Assembly: GCA_964658305.1 (NCBI GenBank) | Contig: OZ210885.1 | Coordinates: forward strand, 25,420,001 to 25,484,000 | From: Leptogorgia sarmentosa | Taxonomy: Eukaryota | Direction: 5' to 3' | DNA length: 64,000 nucleotides | Part shown: positions 12,958 to 25,910 of the stretch, in pieces | Layout of the letters: each line of letters starts with the position of its first letter | Numbering within the stretch: position 1 is the stretch's first letter | Program-made: the position numbers and the translations under genes | Notes under the pieces: generated by a model | What the model saw: the letters and a program-made list of their open reading frames with translations, nothing else | What the model was told of the DNA's origin: nothing | Database searches by the model: none

Positions 12958-13153
12958 GAATTCGACTTTTTTTGCGAATGCGAATTTGACATTTTTTGCG
13001 AATGCGAATTTGAAATTTTTTTTGCGAATGCGAATTTGATATTTTCAATATTTGCGAATGAGAATTTGACATTTTTGCGAATGAGAATTGAAGAGTTTTT
13101 CATTTGCGAATGATAATTCAATATGCGAATTTTGTCAGCATCGGCGCCCCATA
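12958..13153 (-). repeat. Right TIR of element B
   Basis: Inverted copy of 6517-~6710. Confidence 0.92.
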
Positions 13154-13301
13154 GAAGTGCATTATGAAATAAATTATATATAAATTAATGTACCTTCATT
13201 CCTGGAAATTTTGCTATTTGTGTAATAAAAATTGTAGCCAGGCATTGCTTTTTCTTTGAGGTCTGGGCAAACAATCTTTTCTTGGAGTGGTAGGCGTGGT
13301 C

Positions 13302-15684
13302 CAGGGCCTATTTTAGTGTGCAGTATTGCACACTTTGTGCAGTATTGAATGAAAAGTGTGCAGTATTAAAATTGTAACCTTACATTACAGAACCAAAAGC
13401 CAAAATGCCAAAATAGAATAAAGATTGCCTAAATATAAGCCAAGTCCCCCAGTTTCATACGATATTTATTCTAATTAATTTAAATTAATTAATTTTCTAA
13501 TACAGTAATAATAAAAAAGCGCGTATACTTCATGTAAGCTTGACCTAATACAAACTCCTGCCCAGGTTTCGTGTTTTCATCACGTCCAAGATGGCGAATT
13601 AATTAAACATTCATAAGAATCGAAATTATGGCGAAATTTGTAGTATATGCAAAGATGTGACACGACCAACATGTCATCGCTGCAAAGCATGTAGCAATCC
13701 AGTGCATAATGTTTTGTGTGCGTCACTTCTTTCTAACGTGATACAAGAATTTGCAATGCGTGCTCAAGCTCATCGACTATGCCAAAAGAGAAAGTCGGAA
13801 AACGCCACTTATCTCACTCGACAGAGCCGCACGAAGGTATGCCTAAGAAGACCAAAACAATTCAGCCTACAATAACGTTTTTACTGAAAAAGAAAGAAAT
13901 TGGTGATTCTTCTGCAAAAACTAGCATAGACAAAGGAAAACCTAAACATTTAGAACGAACTAAACTAGAGTCAAAGCAAAAATAGAGAGCAGCTTAGCGC
14001 TATCACTAAGATGCGATTCTTCAGTTGACAGAAGAAGTATCGACAACTGCCATGTTCTTGCAAAGATTATAAATCAAGATGGCAAGCCAGAGCTTCTGTT
14101 TCTGGGTCCTGATGAACCAAAAGCTAGAGGGATGCCAGGATATGTTCAGGCTGTGAAGGATGCAGTTAACCTGACATCACGTTGGTCTGATGTAGCAAGA
14201 AAAATGACATCTATTGTAACAGATGGCACAAATTTGAACACAGGAGATAGAACTAGTCTTTGGGCATCCCCAACAGCGGAACAGGAAGCTTATGGTTTGC
14301 CTTTGGTAAAAGTTTGGTGCATTGCACACGAACTGATCTTGCATGGAAAGCAGTATCAGATAATGTTTCCGAGGTGAAGTTTCTTTGCTCCAAGATGGTC
14401 GCGATCGCATCATATTTCCATTCTTCAGGAGTTCGGTCAAGAGAACTTCGTGAAGTGGCAGAGGAAAATGGATTCCAGCTGCATGAACTGCCAAAACTTT
14501 TTGAAGTATGCTGGAGTGAGTTCAATTCATCTCTTTTGGAGTCCATGTTGGTCTCTTGGAGAGCACTGGTAAAGTATTTTGAAAAGATGCACGATGCAAC
14601 TTCATGGGGATACTACGCATTTTTGACCAAATTGGAACATTTGAAGCTGTTGGTTTTTGTAGCTGATTTGCTCTTTGTTTTCTCGAGGTACCACAAGAAG
14701 ATCCAATTGGAAAACTTTAACATCACTGACTTGCCTGACTGGAAGTCAGATGTGATAAAAAGACTTGACGATCTATACCATTCACCTGTCTTAGGTGGCT
14801 GGGAATCGTTGTTTGAAAAACAGCATCAACCAGAAGACAATTTTTTTATGGGCATCAAGCTTAAAAGCGCGAAAGAAACCCGAAGAAGACAACATCATTT
14901 GTATGTCAGTGAAACAACGCACATTTTCGAAACTGTGCGATCAGGGATTTTGGAGTCTCTAAAGACTTTTTTGGTGCAAAGGCTTTCATTTGATGAAGAC
15001 CTCCAGACGTTGCTGAAGTGCTTTATTTCATTTCAAGCAAAAGATGAGGAACTTGTGTTAGTGCATCGGAAAATTGCTTGTGACCTACCATTGACGGATA
15101 TTTCTGAGGAGTATTGTGATGCTGTTCGATTACTTGGATCAAATTCATTGTCTTTACTGCAAAAAGTTGAAATCCTTGCACAGGCTTCAGGTGACTATAG
15201 TAGCTTAGCAGTTTTTTTTGCAAGGATTGCAGCTTGTACACCACATTCAACTGATGTAGAAAGGCTGATCAGCTTATAAAACCAGCTCAAGACGTCCGAT
15301 CGCTCCTGTCTGTCCAACGAAACAGTTTCGCACTATCTATATATCAACCTGAATATGCCTGTTCTAGTTCCTGAACTATCCGCGTTCCTGAACTCGGGTT
15401 CAACCCAAGGCCGGCAGTAGAATACTGGTGGAAGCACCCCCACCGATCTGTGGAGCCAACAAAGGCTAAGAGACAAGAATGGTTTCTGAAAACTTTTTGT
15501 GAAGCATCAGAGAAAATTTTAAATTTTAAACACATGTAATAGATATTTGTTGTGTTATTAAGACAATTAAGACATTGTCATTCTATGTTATAATCCTACG
15601 TTATTTTTAATAAGCAATTGTGACGTCAATGATAAAATCTCCTCTGAAATGTGCAGTATTGAAATTTCCTTAGAATAGGCCCTG
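13302..15684 (+). mobile_element. hAT transposon (ZNF862/KIAA1586-like), decayed, inserted in a MULE exon
   Basis: 8-bp TSD GCGTGGTC (13294-13301, 15685-15692); TIR CAGGGCCTATT(T/C)TA; GTGCAGTATT subterminal repeats. Confidence 0.88.
14010..15500 (+). pseudogene. hAT transposase, frameshifted
   Basis: SIVTDGTNLNTG, WCIAH (CxxH), FEVCWS, TPHSTDVERLIS motifs split across frames. Confidence 0.8.
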
Positions 15685-17239
15685 GCGTGGTCATTACTCT
15701 GTAAATGTAAAATTGTTTAGCTTACGCGATTTAGGCCATATTTACACCATTGGCATAGTCAGCAATCGATTTTGTTTACCTATAACATACTATATACTGT
15801 AATTTATTTCATGGAAATTTGCTACCAAAAAATACTGTACGCATTTTGCAAAACTAGAAATATTGCCAACTTGGCATAGTTTTAAAAGTTTTTTCGCAAT
15901 TATTGCAGGTGCCTTTGTACTACAGCATAGAATGAAGAACAAAGTGTGGATGCCTATGCGGAATGAAATGAAGAAGAACTGGTAGCCCTTCATGCGGCCA
16001 TAATCAACGATTGAGGAAGGCTAACAACAGTTACCTGACAATGCTGAGCTTTCTCCTTATTTTTTTGTTTGCTTTTCTCGTGTTTGTCCTTTCCTTGGTG
16101 GCACCACAACACTTTTTCTCCAATATGGACAAATGGGATCCCGTCATATGCAATACTGGGTCCTTGTTGATTTGTGTCCTTTCTCTCCCAGTAAACCTTC
16201 AGTTTGTCTTTCCTGATTTCTACATCACACATCGAGATTAAACAGAGAATATACTTTCCAGTCTGGACCTTAAATGCTTTGTAAACCTACGTATTACAAA
16301 ACGTGGGGCGAAGTGATGTTGTCAGTGTCGATCAATGCCAAACAAAAGTGCAATTTTTTATTATGAATATCATTGTAGTACACATTCAATACATTTTCAT
16401 TGTCCAAAGTTGACAATAAATCACAAAAACCAAGAATTTTAGCGTTGTTTTAATTGTTTTTTAAATGTATCTTAATGTTTAATTCGCACAGTTGAAGCTT
16501 TTTAGCCAATCAGCATAAAGGAAATTGGTTACAATGATATGTCGAAAAATCCTACAAAATAACAAAATACTGTCCGCCCAAGTGCCAATTGAAGTCTCGT
16601 AATTCCCACCAGACGCAGACTTTCGGAACAAATTGCTACAGAAATGTTTACCAACCCCACCCCCTTGTATCAATTCTTTTAAAAAGTATAAAGACAAGGC
16701 AAAATTATATACTGCGAGTTAATGATCGTTTAGATTTGTAGATATCTAGCCCTGGCGTATCCGTCCATTTTCCCACTTGCCTTCGTCAAAACAGGTAATT
16801 TTTTTGCGTTTGCACTTTATTATCCTTAGACAATACTTTAGGTGCAATATGATAAAGCTTACCGTTTGATCCAAAGCTCTTGTCACCGTAGTAAACAATT
16901 AATTTGCTGCTCGTCTCTATTTCATACTTGTTAATGAGCGATTTTACATCCGGCTTCTTCTCTGCTACTACCTTTTGGTTAAAACAACCACCCAAATTTT
17001 TAATGTTTGACATACTTTATTAATATTAAGTAATGTAAATTGCTCATGAATAATGTATAAACCACATAAACCTGAGATCTTCCTGCAAAATTTCAAAAAG
17101 CGCACGCCTAGAAGATTGGATCGTTCAAAATGACCCGATATTGTCGTGAAGTGTTCGTGGAAGTTTTCCGAGGATTTCAACATACTCGTTCCCAGTCTCC
17201 CCACGGAAATCTTATTTCTGAGTATACCATCTAGCGATC

Positions 17240-18862
17240 TCCCTCCCAGGGCGGGGTACGTGTTCCTGTGATCCCTTAACGTTTTTGGCTTTTATCCCTT
17301 GTTCCCCTTTAATAAAATTCACTGTTCCCTGAAAAATGTTTTACATCGTATCCCTTGATCCCAAAAAATATCCTTGTTCCCTTGATCCCATAAAATGTTT
17401 ATGATTGCACCCCATATGTGAATACCTGTTCTCTTTATTTATCTTTCTATTCATAGTAGACAAAATTTTCTTCGAAGCATCTTTTTCTTCTCCTTGGAGC
17501 TCGTGTTTGACACTGGGGGTCTGGATTTGCTTCATCAACTGATTTTTCTGTCGTCTCAGCTGCTTCTGCTACTGTGATGACTTCATTCGTATCTTGAAGT
17601 GCATGAAGAAGAAGGATAAGGTCACCTTCTGCAACCTCTACGACATCTTCACGATAGTCGTAGCAAGTTAGAGCACAAACAATGTTGCTCACATCGACAT
17701 ATATATCTGACCGAATCTTCAGTGAACACGACTGGATTAAAAGGATCTTTAATGAATACTTTGGCTTCCACCCTCCTCAGGCCAACGTACACATTATCTT
17801 GCAGAACAGCTAGTATGAACAACTTATGAGGATCTTTAACACAGACAATCTGGCTGATTTTGTACAGAGTCTCGGCTGTTCCCTTCTGCGATGCAGAATC
17901 TGTCGCTTCTTCACTTAGCACAGTGAAATCTAAAGGTTCTTCAATCAGAGATTCGGCTGAATACAGATTTATAGGCATATTTCCTGGATTGTCCTTGGTC
18001 GTCATGTTGCGCACTGTTTTCTGTGGTACGCTTTGGCCATATACCGCTCTCCAGTTCCTCATCTCATTCACCTGTTTCTCAGAAAAATTGTGTGCCTTTG
18101 GAGGGACGTAACTTGGGCAAATCCTTGTAATTTGCTGTGGTGAAAACTTGTGGGTAGTAGGACTTTGGAGCAGTAAAGTATGCAAATAGTGTAAAACATT
18201 GCCTCTTTAACCGTTCTTTGATGGCCCTACTGAATCTGTGTAATCGAATTCAAGCTGCAGGGGCAGGGCATTCGCATTTCTGCGAATGTGTTTTAGACAA
18301 CAAGCATTAGAAGAGTTTTAATGCTAAATTTAGAGGTGAGACGTGGATTAAGATGGTGCAAAAGGTCCTTGATTTTGCACAGAGATTTTCACGATCCTTT
18401 TTTCATCATCCATAACAACAGAGGAAACAGTTCCTTGTGGACCTTGTGTTACAGCTGTGGTGCCAATAAGATTCATGACTGCATTTACACAGTTTTGGTC
18501 AAAGGTATAAACTCGCTCTAGTCTCTTGATTGCCTGCGAAATCTCTAGTGTGACCGAGGTACTTTTCCTTTTGTGAAGTCCAAACGTTTCTCCAAATATA
18601 TGGAGATGCTCCAAATAATTTACCAAACTAGTAACACTGCTTGTCATACGAAGGGTACTTGTTGCCGTATCGATGGCAAACAGAGTTTGATAATCAAAAC
18701 AGATACCTGTAGGCTGGAAAAACTGGGCTTTGCTTCCGTCTCTTTTGCCCTGTGTTCCCTTGTTCCCAACAATTTAATTAGGGTTCCCATGTTCCCTGAA
18801 AATAATCTGACAATATCCCATATTCTCGGAAGTATATGCCCTTGTTCCCCAAAACCCCTGGA
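17240..18862 (-). mobile_element. Unclassified decayed DNA-transposon-like element with TGTTCCC subterminal repeats
   Basis: Clusters of TGTTCCC(T) at 17260-17390 and 18750-18850, CCAGGG..CCCTGG ends; broken minus-strand ORFs 17447-18647 of unrecognised family. Confidence 0.4.
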
Positions 18863-19902
18863 CAGGAAGTTTATCGTCTCGCATTTATGACTTTTTGCAG
18901 GTGGGACGATTTTCCGTGTGAATGCCCAGGACGTTTATTTTGTAAACACCGCGAAAATTTAAAATATGCCGGACTATTGAAAAATCTCTGAGAATTGCAG
19001 CTAAACTTATTCAAAATTAACTCCCTCTGGGACTCGAAGATGACGACCTTCCCTTCAACAATCGATCTGATTATCCATAATTATTAATAATCCTGATAAA
19101 ATCTTTGTTACCATGACACATTCGTAATGAATTGCATTTTTCTTTTGTTATGCACTGCTTTAATCAGGCACAGAGGTGAAAGAATGCGTTTTTCACCGAG
19201 ATTTTTCAACACGCTCGCATTTGCCTGATTTTCTTCCATATCATACAAGAAATATGTCATTCAACTGCTAAGACCTTGATCTTTATGACCATGCAAAAAT
19301 CACGTTCGTACACCCAGTAATTAACGCACAATGGGATGCCAAAGTTGGATTACCTTTTTTTTGAGACACCCTGTAGTATTCTCACATTTTATAATATTAT
19401 GATGACGTAACGAAATCTATGACGTCATGTAATTCGGGCTTATTGAAATCTCTGACGTCATGTAATTCGGGCTTAAATTGTCTTACTGTAAGAATAAACA
19501 GAATACACATTTTTTGCAACTGTTCATTCAATTAACAGCACAAGCTTGGATCAATATCAGTCCTGCAAATCCAGGGATGCTGGTATTCATAATTATGATG
19601 TATTCTAAACAAGATGTATTATTGTTCAAATGCTTTTTGTTGGTTTCCTGGTATTTCAATGAAAAAATAAACTGAAAACAAACTGTCTCGCTACAGTACA
19701 CAGGGGCGTACATATGAGAGACCTTAAGATGCGCGACGGGAAACGACGACGACGACGAGTAACCGGAAGTCGACTACGAACCTGCGCATGCGTAGATACT
19801 CGTTTCTCTTTGCAGCTTTCGTCTCCTCACGTCAACTACCTCAAAAAGACCTATTTCACGTTGTGAGGACTACGGCTGGAAGAATTGTAAAAAACACTCA
19901 CA

Positions 19903-20985
19903 ATGAGCAGTTCTGTGGGGAAAAACGTATCGAAAAACCATGTCAAAAAAGCCACGTAAGTAATAAAGATATACTTTCCAAAAACAAACTCCGAAAACAA
20001 GTTGACTGTTTTGGTTTTTTCATCCTTCTGATTTGACAATGTGAAACAAAGTCGAAATATCGCGCAAAATGTTTTTTTTAACAGCAAAAATTATTTTCCA
20101 GAGTATATTTTTCTGATATCTTGTCTTTAATTAAAAACCTTCAAAATATGACTTGGGTTTGTAAATTATAAAACGTTTACTTGCACAAAAGCATTGAAAG
20201 GTTTACTGCAAAATGCATTATTTATGTACATGTAAACGATTTTAAAAATTTTACTTTTTTTTCCTTACTGGGTGTTTAATAGGGCTATGTTTTGGACTGA
20301 GGAACATGATATTATCATGTGTCGTGAAATATTGGCCGTGGATCCTTTCACTGGGACAAAAAAAGGAACAGTTCAAAGAGGAGCCAAGTGGACTGAGATT
20401 GTGGATAACCTTATGAAGATTGAAAATCCAAAATTCAAAGTAGACCAAAGTGCAGTAAGGGATAGGTATACACTCCTATCACAAAAACTTGGGAAGAAGC
20501 TAAGAGAAGAAGAGCGGGCTAGTGGCATTGAAACAGATATGACAGAGGTAGAAGATGCTCTGGAAGACATCATCGATATTGAGGATAATTCATTAAAACA
20601 AGTAGAATATAACGCAGAGGTAAAGATGAAGGAAATGGACAAAGAAAAGCAGAGCGCAGAAGATGTACGAAAAAGAGCAATGGAGAAACTTGGAGAAACC
20701 CAAAAGCGTAAAGGCGACAAAGCTGAGGCAGATAATGAAAGGCAACCAAAAAAGAAAAGGTCAAATGGAAGTGACACCATAGCATTCTTGAGAGAAAAAA
20801 ATGTGATGCAGGCTGAAATGAGAAAACAAGAAATGGAACTTAAAAAAAGGAATATGGAGTTACAAGAAAAAAAACATAATGATTTATTGAACCTTGTCAT
20901 TCAGCAGCAACAACAACAAAGCAAGCAAATGCAAGATTTCCAAACCACCATGCTTACTATGATGGCTACACTTGCTAAAAAATGA
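19903..20985 (+). CDS. Harbinger Myb/SANT-like DNA-binding partner protein, 2 exons (19903-19955, 20283-20985)
   Basis: MFWTEEHDIIMCREIL..RGAKWTEIVDNL..AVRDRY..ASGIE plus coiled-coil tail; splice phases compatible. Confidence 0.8.
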
Positions 20986-21299
20986 ATACTGACCCTGTCA
21001 AAAATCTTTTATGCAATCATGTAGTTTTGGCATTGGGAACATTCCCACTTTAACATTATCTGTTTATACCATTTAAAAGTAAAATTGATGACTTTACTGT
21101 CAGTTTATTGACCAAAATGTTACTGTATTTATATGAACATAGTTTCATGCAAAATTTGTGTTATATTAAAGTTTCAAATCATGCATAAACTTCAGTATAA
21201 TACACTAAAATAAGGCCCATTCCATCCAGATCATATGTGATATAAATATATCATGCTTTGCCGTGTTGATAAATCATGCCTGTCAAAAACATCCCTAAG

Positions 21300-21545
21300 C
21301 AGTGGTGGACAGAGGGACAGGGAGTATATGAGCAATATAAACACTTTATATCTCAAATCCAAATGCACTAAAATAGCATTTTTAACCTTGAAATTTCTTC
21401 CAAATTGTGCAGCAAAAATGCTGACGATGCTATTCAGGGTCACAATTAAAAAAAATGGGGGCATGCCCCCCCCCCTCTGAGGTTCATATGCCTTCAACAC
21501 TTACCCTCCCCCCCCCCCCTCAAATTGGCAAAGTTTCCACTGCTG
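21300..21545. mobile_element. Small hAT-like MITE between the Harbinger genes
   Basis: CAGTGGTGGA..TCCACTGCTG imperfect termini, GGGGGCATGCCCCC motif. Confidence 0.4.
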
Positions 21546-21652
21546 TCCCAGTGCAATATGAAATGAATAGCATAAACAGTATAATAGCTTACGTACAAAC
21601 AGCTACATTCATACTACATTGTGTACAGTGCTGGGAATTGTTAACTGTCTTG

Positions 21653-22870
21653 TTAATTACTGAAGTATTCATAAAGAGTAGGGGGTTCTACTCCAAAATA
21701 CTTTGATGTTTGATTATGATACATACAAGTGAGTATATTTCTAAAAAGAGCAGGTACTAAATAAAATTTACCAACAGAACTTAATCCTATTTTAAGGTTT
21801 TTCTTAAAATCCATAAATTTAAAGTAATTTGCAATGTCACCAAATATCCATTCAACAGATACCCTGACAGAACTCATGGATCTGTTAAACTCAAGCATTT
21901 GAGGTGTAATTACAGCATTTCTGTAAGGTGACTGTAAATGTATATGGGGGGTGGGGGGGGGTATGCTGGGTCTCCATACAGGCACATTGCCCTGCCAGTT
22001 GTTGAATAAGCATTTTCCTGCAATAGATTTATTAACCCAGATTCTGCCAGCATTCTTGAATCATGTCTTTTACCCTCTATTAAAAGTTAAAAATGTATAT
22101 TTAAAAAAATATATATACCGGTATGATTCACAATGTTGTCAAATTATAATTAATTATTTACAGTGACAGTATTGATCATTGAATAAAAAAAATTAACATT
22201 CATTACCTACTGGTCCAAAAATTTGAGCAATCATTCCTGATGGCAGTGTGACAGACTGAAATTTAAGAGCATGCACTCTTTCATGCCCATTGTAAACAAG
22301 CCTCTGGTTTTTCTTAGGGCGACATATTGGCCTAACAGTCCCATCAATGAAGCCAAAACAATTATCTAATGCTGCTCCTTTCATTGAAATAGCTTCAGCA
22401 TATTGGCCAAGTTTGATAGGATTCAAGATTGCCTCGTTCCAGCCAGTTATACGGTGTTGGTGTTCCTCATAAATCCAATCCACAACAGTATTTGTGATCA
22501 TACTTAAGACGGGAACTGGTTTACCAAATCGGGGTATCATATCACTGAAACGACAAGGATAAGCAAGTCGTTTCAACAATATGCATAAACCTTCTATTCC
22601 ATCGCAGACTGTGCCTTGTGGACATCGAAACTCCGCTGGTATACGAAGAACTTCAGCTAAGAGCGGTATATCATTTTTCTCAACACGAAATTCTGCTTTG
22701 CAATCAACACTATCCATGGTATCTAAATCAAAATGATCGTACTCTTCGTATGGAAAACATGGATTTTTTGATGTGTGTAGGTCGTACAAAAGCGCAAATT
22801 CTTCGTCATCAATAATATAATCGTCGTAAGCCAAAAGCAATGCATTTCTGGTTTCTTTGAATGAGGCCAT
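21653..22870 (-). pseudogene. Harbinger (HARBI1-like) DDE transposase, frameshifted
   Basis: LKRLAYPCR, CFGFIDGT, GKRHDS, YGDPAYP (out of frame beside a poly-C run), RVSVEWIFG; intron ~22077-22206. Confidence 0.88.
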
Positions 22871-23731
22871 ATTGGAAATGTTTATATTTTGTGAAGTACA
22901 TCATGTGAAATTTATTTAGCCATAGCCGTCGTGCGCTGGCGGTTCCTTAATCACGAATTTTGCAACACCCGACGGCGTTCTCGTTCCAGTCTATTCACGT
23001 TTTTAAGGTAGCCGTCGTCGTTTCCCGTCGCGTATCTTAAGGTCACTATCGATTCTGGTTAGGGGGGGGTGTAAATCATAATGGAGACCGATTCGAGTGC
23101 CGAAGGCACAAGAAACCTAGGGGGGTTTGGGGGCATGCCCCCCCAGGAAAATTTTGAAATTTGGGTCTCGGAAATGGCATTTCCACCATTCTGAGAGCAT
23201 GTTATCTGTTAGAAGGAAGGTGTTAAAACAAGATTTCAATGATGGATTTTAGTTAATAAGAATACGATTAATAAGAATATAAGTCAATTGGACCGATTGC
23301 ACAATAGACAAAAATTTTAAAAATCATGAAATAGTACAATTCATAGCAACGGAGTTAAAGAGCATCCCAAAATTAGTAGAAGTGCAAAGTTTGGGAGCGA
23401 AGTGTGGTAAAATGTGCAAGATATGACCCTATAAAGTCAAGTATAAAGCAAATTTTGTATATTTTATATTAGTATTACGCACAGCAAATTGATACCCCTG
23501 TCGAGAGAAGGGTATCAATTTTGCGTGCATAATATTGTAATATGCCAAAATAGCAAACTCACAGGGGTATATTTTTTGCATTTTACAACATTTCGCAACT
23601 TTTGGGATAAAACTAATAATTACTTTGGGACCACTTTAACGCTGAACACATGAATTGTACTATTTCGAACTTTTTAAAATTTTTGTTGATTATGCAATCG
23701 GTCCAATATTTTATTTAATTAATTTACTTAC

Positions 23732-25377
23732 TTATATTCTTATTAACCGTCCTCTCTTTGTAAGTTTTGACCAACAATTAGCCAGTTCGTCAATGTTGAT
23801 GGTGTCGGTTAGATCGCGCTTGCATGCAAGAGTTAATAGCTCTGTGAGGCGTTCCTGGTTCATGACTGAACGCATGACTGTCTTTACTAGCTTAAGCTTC
23901 GAAAAGCTTCGTTCGGCAGATGCAGATGTCACTGGGGCTGTAATTAGCAACTTGAAACACCGTCTCGTCAATGGGAACAATATCTTGCTATGGAATTGAA
24001 TTTCTCGATGGTTCTCCTGTAGATGGCAACAGAATGCCTCCAGTGCATCCTCATCCGGGCGTACCGACACTGAAAACATTTTGCAGAACTGTTTTAATTG
24101 CCCAATGTTGATGGGGTCATGGTAAGGTGGTTTGAGCAAAGTCAGGGCCGGTTGAAAAATGTTCGTCACTGCCTCTAGGTTTGCTCGCATCCAGTACCTC
24201 AATGAACTCTTTTCTGTAATGGTCCACCAAACCAAGATTGGCTGCCGTTTCTGGCTGATCGTCAATACGTCGAGGCACCTTTCGTACGTGATGATGTCTG
24301 CTGAACTCGTAGTCTGGATCAATTCCATTCTGCTCGGCAACTGTCTTAGCTGCAAGAATCTGGTTGTCTAAGCCATCACTGTCGTTGCGAATGTGCTCAA
24401 GTGTTGTAATTGTTGCGTTCAAAATTTCGATGGTATCAATGATATTCATGTCGATATCTTGAACTTGTTTGGTCAGGCACTTTGTCTTCCCCATGATGTT
24501 TTTCATGAACATCAATGTGACCAAGAAGTTGAATGTTTTTATCTTATTCTGCAACGCTTCCGCTTTCGACCAAGTACTTGTATCATATTTAGGGTCTGAC
24601 AATACATCAAATGCCTCCAATATTATCTCGTAGGAACTCATCATTGCACGAATGGATTCCTCTCGAGCTACCCAACGCGTTGCCGGAAGATTACGCAGCA
24701 TCAGTAGTTCTTTGTCTGACTGTTTCATCTTCTCCCGGTAAACGAACAAAGCAATAGGCTCTGTGTGAGTGAAGAGAATATTCTAAGTATGGATACTGCT
24801 TGTACCACGCTGATGAAAAGCTACATTGTTTGTTCTTATCTTTTATATTTGGATTTCTGGGGTAACGGGTGAGCTTTGGCTGAAATGGGCCTTGCTCTAT
24901 AAGGCAATTCCTATCTGCATTGGACAATATTTTTCGGCTTTTCGCTGGATTGTGCTCCATGGGAATATAATCAGCAGGATCATCAGGGTAGTTTTGGTCA
25001 GTAGAAATGTCAACCTCGACTATTTCTTCACTGCTTTCATTATCATTTTCAGTCTGCAACACTGCAAAATTTTCGGGCGTCTCCTCATGTGATTGACCCT
25101 CTTTTGACTCAGTAACTTGGCCATCTTGTCTATCGATGAGTATTTGTGGTGGCTGCTCTATCTCAGGCTGTTCTACACAAGGAGCAAAGAGAGTAGTGAG
25201 TGATGTTTGGTCTTGTTCTCTACACAGTGTTGTTGGCAGCGTCGTAGCATTGTAATTGGGGTGGGAAGTACGATGGTGTTTACTAGTGTAGTCTTTATTG
25301 AATATTGATCCACAAATTCCACATTTGACTTTGTAACGTCTTCCAACAGGCATCTGTAAAATAACATAGTGTAACAA
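23732..25377 (-). pseudogene. hAT transposase (TTF-type finger and C-terminal dimerisation domain), central core deleted
   Basis: FSSAWYKQYPYLEYS..AYCFV joined directly to LPATRWVAR; PVTSASAERSFSKLKLVKT..RSVMNQERL. Confidence 0.85.
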
Positions 25378-25910
25378 TTATATACGGGCGACTGCACAAG
25401 CATTATTCATAAGTCATGATCATAACATTATATACAGTATAACCAAAAATAGAAACTCAAATTGAAAGATATTGTTTTTATAATTTTATCAAGAAAAAGT
25501 TCATGATGCCTTTTTCCAAAACCAATACTCCGTACACTTTCCCAAAAAAGTCCTCAAAAAATCCGAAAAAGTCCTCAAAATTCAGGAAATAATATGAAAT
25601 ACTTGGTGTAATTTCATCATAAAGGATCGAAAGCATTTCATTCAATGACCTTATACAACGTACAGAATGACGCCTGTCCGCATAACACCACTTGTAAACT
25701 GCATAATCACTTAACATTTTATAATTTATTGCTATGAATGCAGTCGGTCTCGAGATAATTTGTCGGTCTTCGCTCAGCAATGCATTTAATCCTTCTATTG
25801 CATAATTTTGTATTTTGAGACCTGTTGTACGTATTTTGAGACCGACTGGCCAGTGCCTTTGGGGGGGTGGACCACCCCCCCATATTTATGCCCCTGACAG
25901 TACACAACTA

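Larger units (their letters stand above)
6517..13153. mobile_element. Complete IS3EU-type DNA transposon B (6637 bp): DDE transposase plus convergent HECT ligase gene
   Basis: Perfect 6-bp TSD GAAGTG (6511-6516, 13154-13159); TAT..ATA termini; near-identical ~190-bp TIRs; sits in an intron of the MULE gene. Confidence 0.93.
1946..17013 (-). pseudogene. Multi-exon MULE (Mutator-like) transposase with CaRF-like N-terminus and SWIM finger; decayed and interrupted by a hAT and IS3EU element B
   Basis: Ordered exons: DGIPFVHIGEKVLWCHQGKDKH (16.0-16.2 kb), SKKKQCLATIFITQIAKFP (13.2 kb), CLLDATYRTTKYDLPLYF and FIVDF..EIQAL..IFP (4.8-5.1 kb), LLCDFHWEKAW (4.5 kb), CECLDW..L.SKH SWIM (2.75 kb); several frameshifts and stops. 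Confidence 0.8.
19717..23047. mobile_element. PIF/Harbinger transposon with two convergent genes
   Basis: ~36-bp TIR AG(A/T)GACCTTAAGAT(G/A)CGCGACGGGAAACGACGACG; 3-bp flanks ATG/ATC. Confidence 0.9.
19701..25896 (-). mobile_element. hAT transposon (ZMYM1/Tip100-like), internally deleted, carrying a nested Harbinger
   Basis: 8-bp TSD ACAGTACA (19693-19700, 25897-25904); TIRs CAGGGGCGTACATATG / CAGGGGCATAAATATG. Confidence 0.88.
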
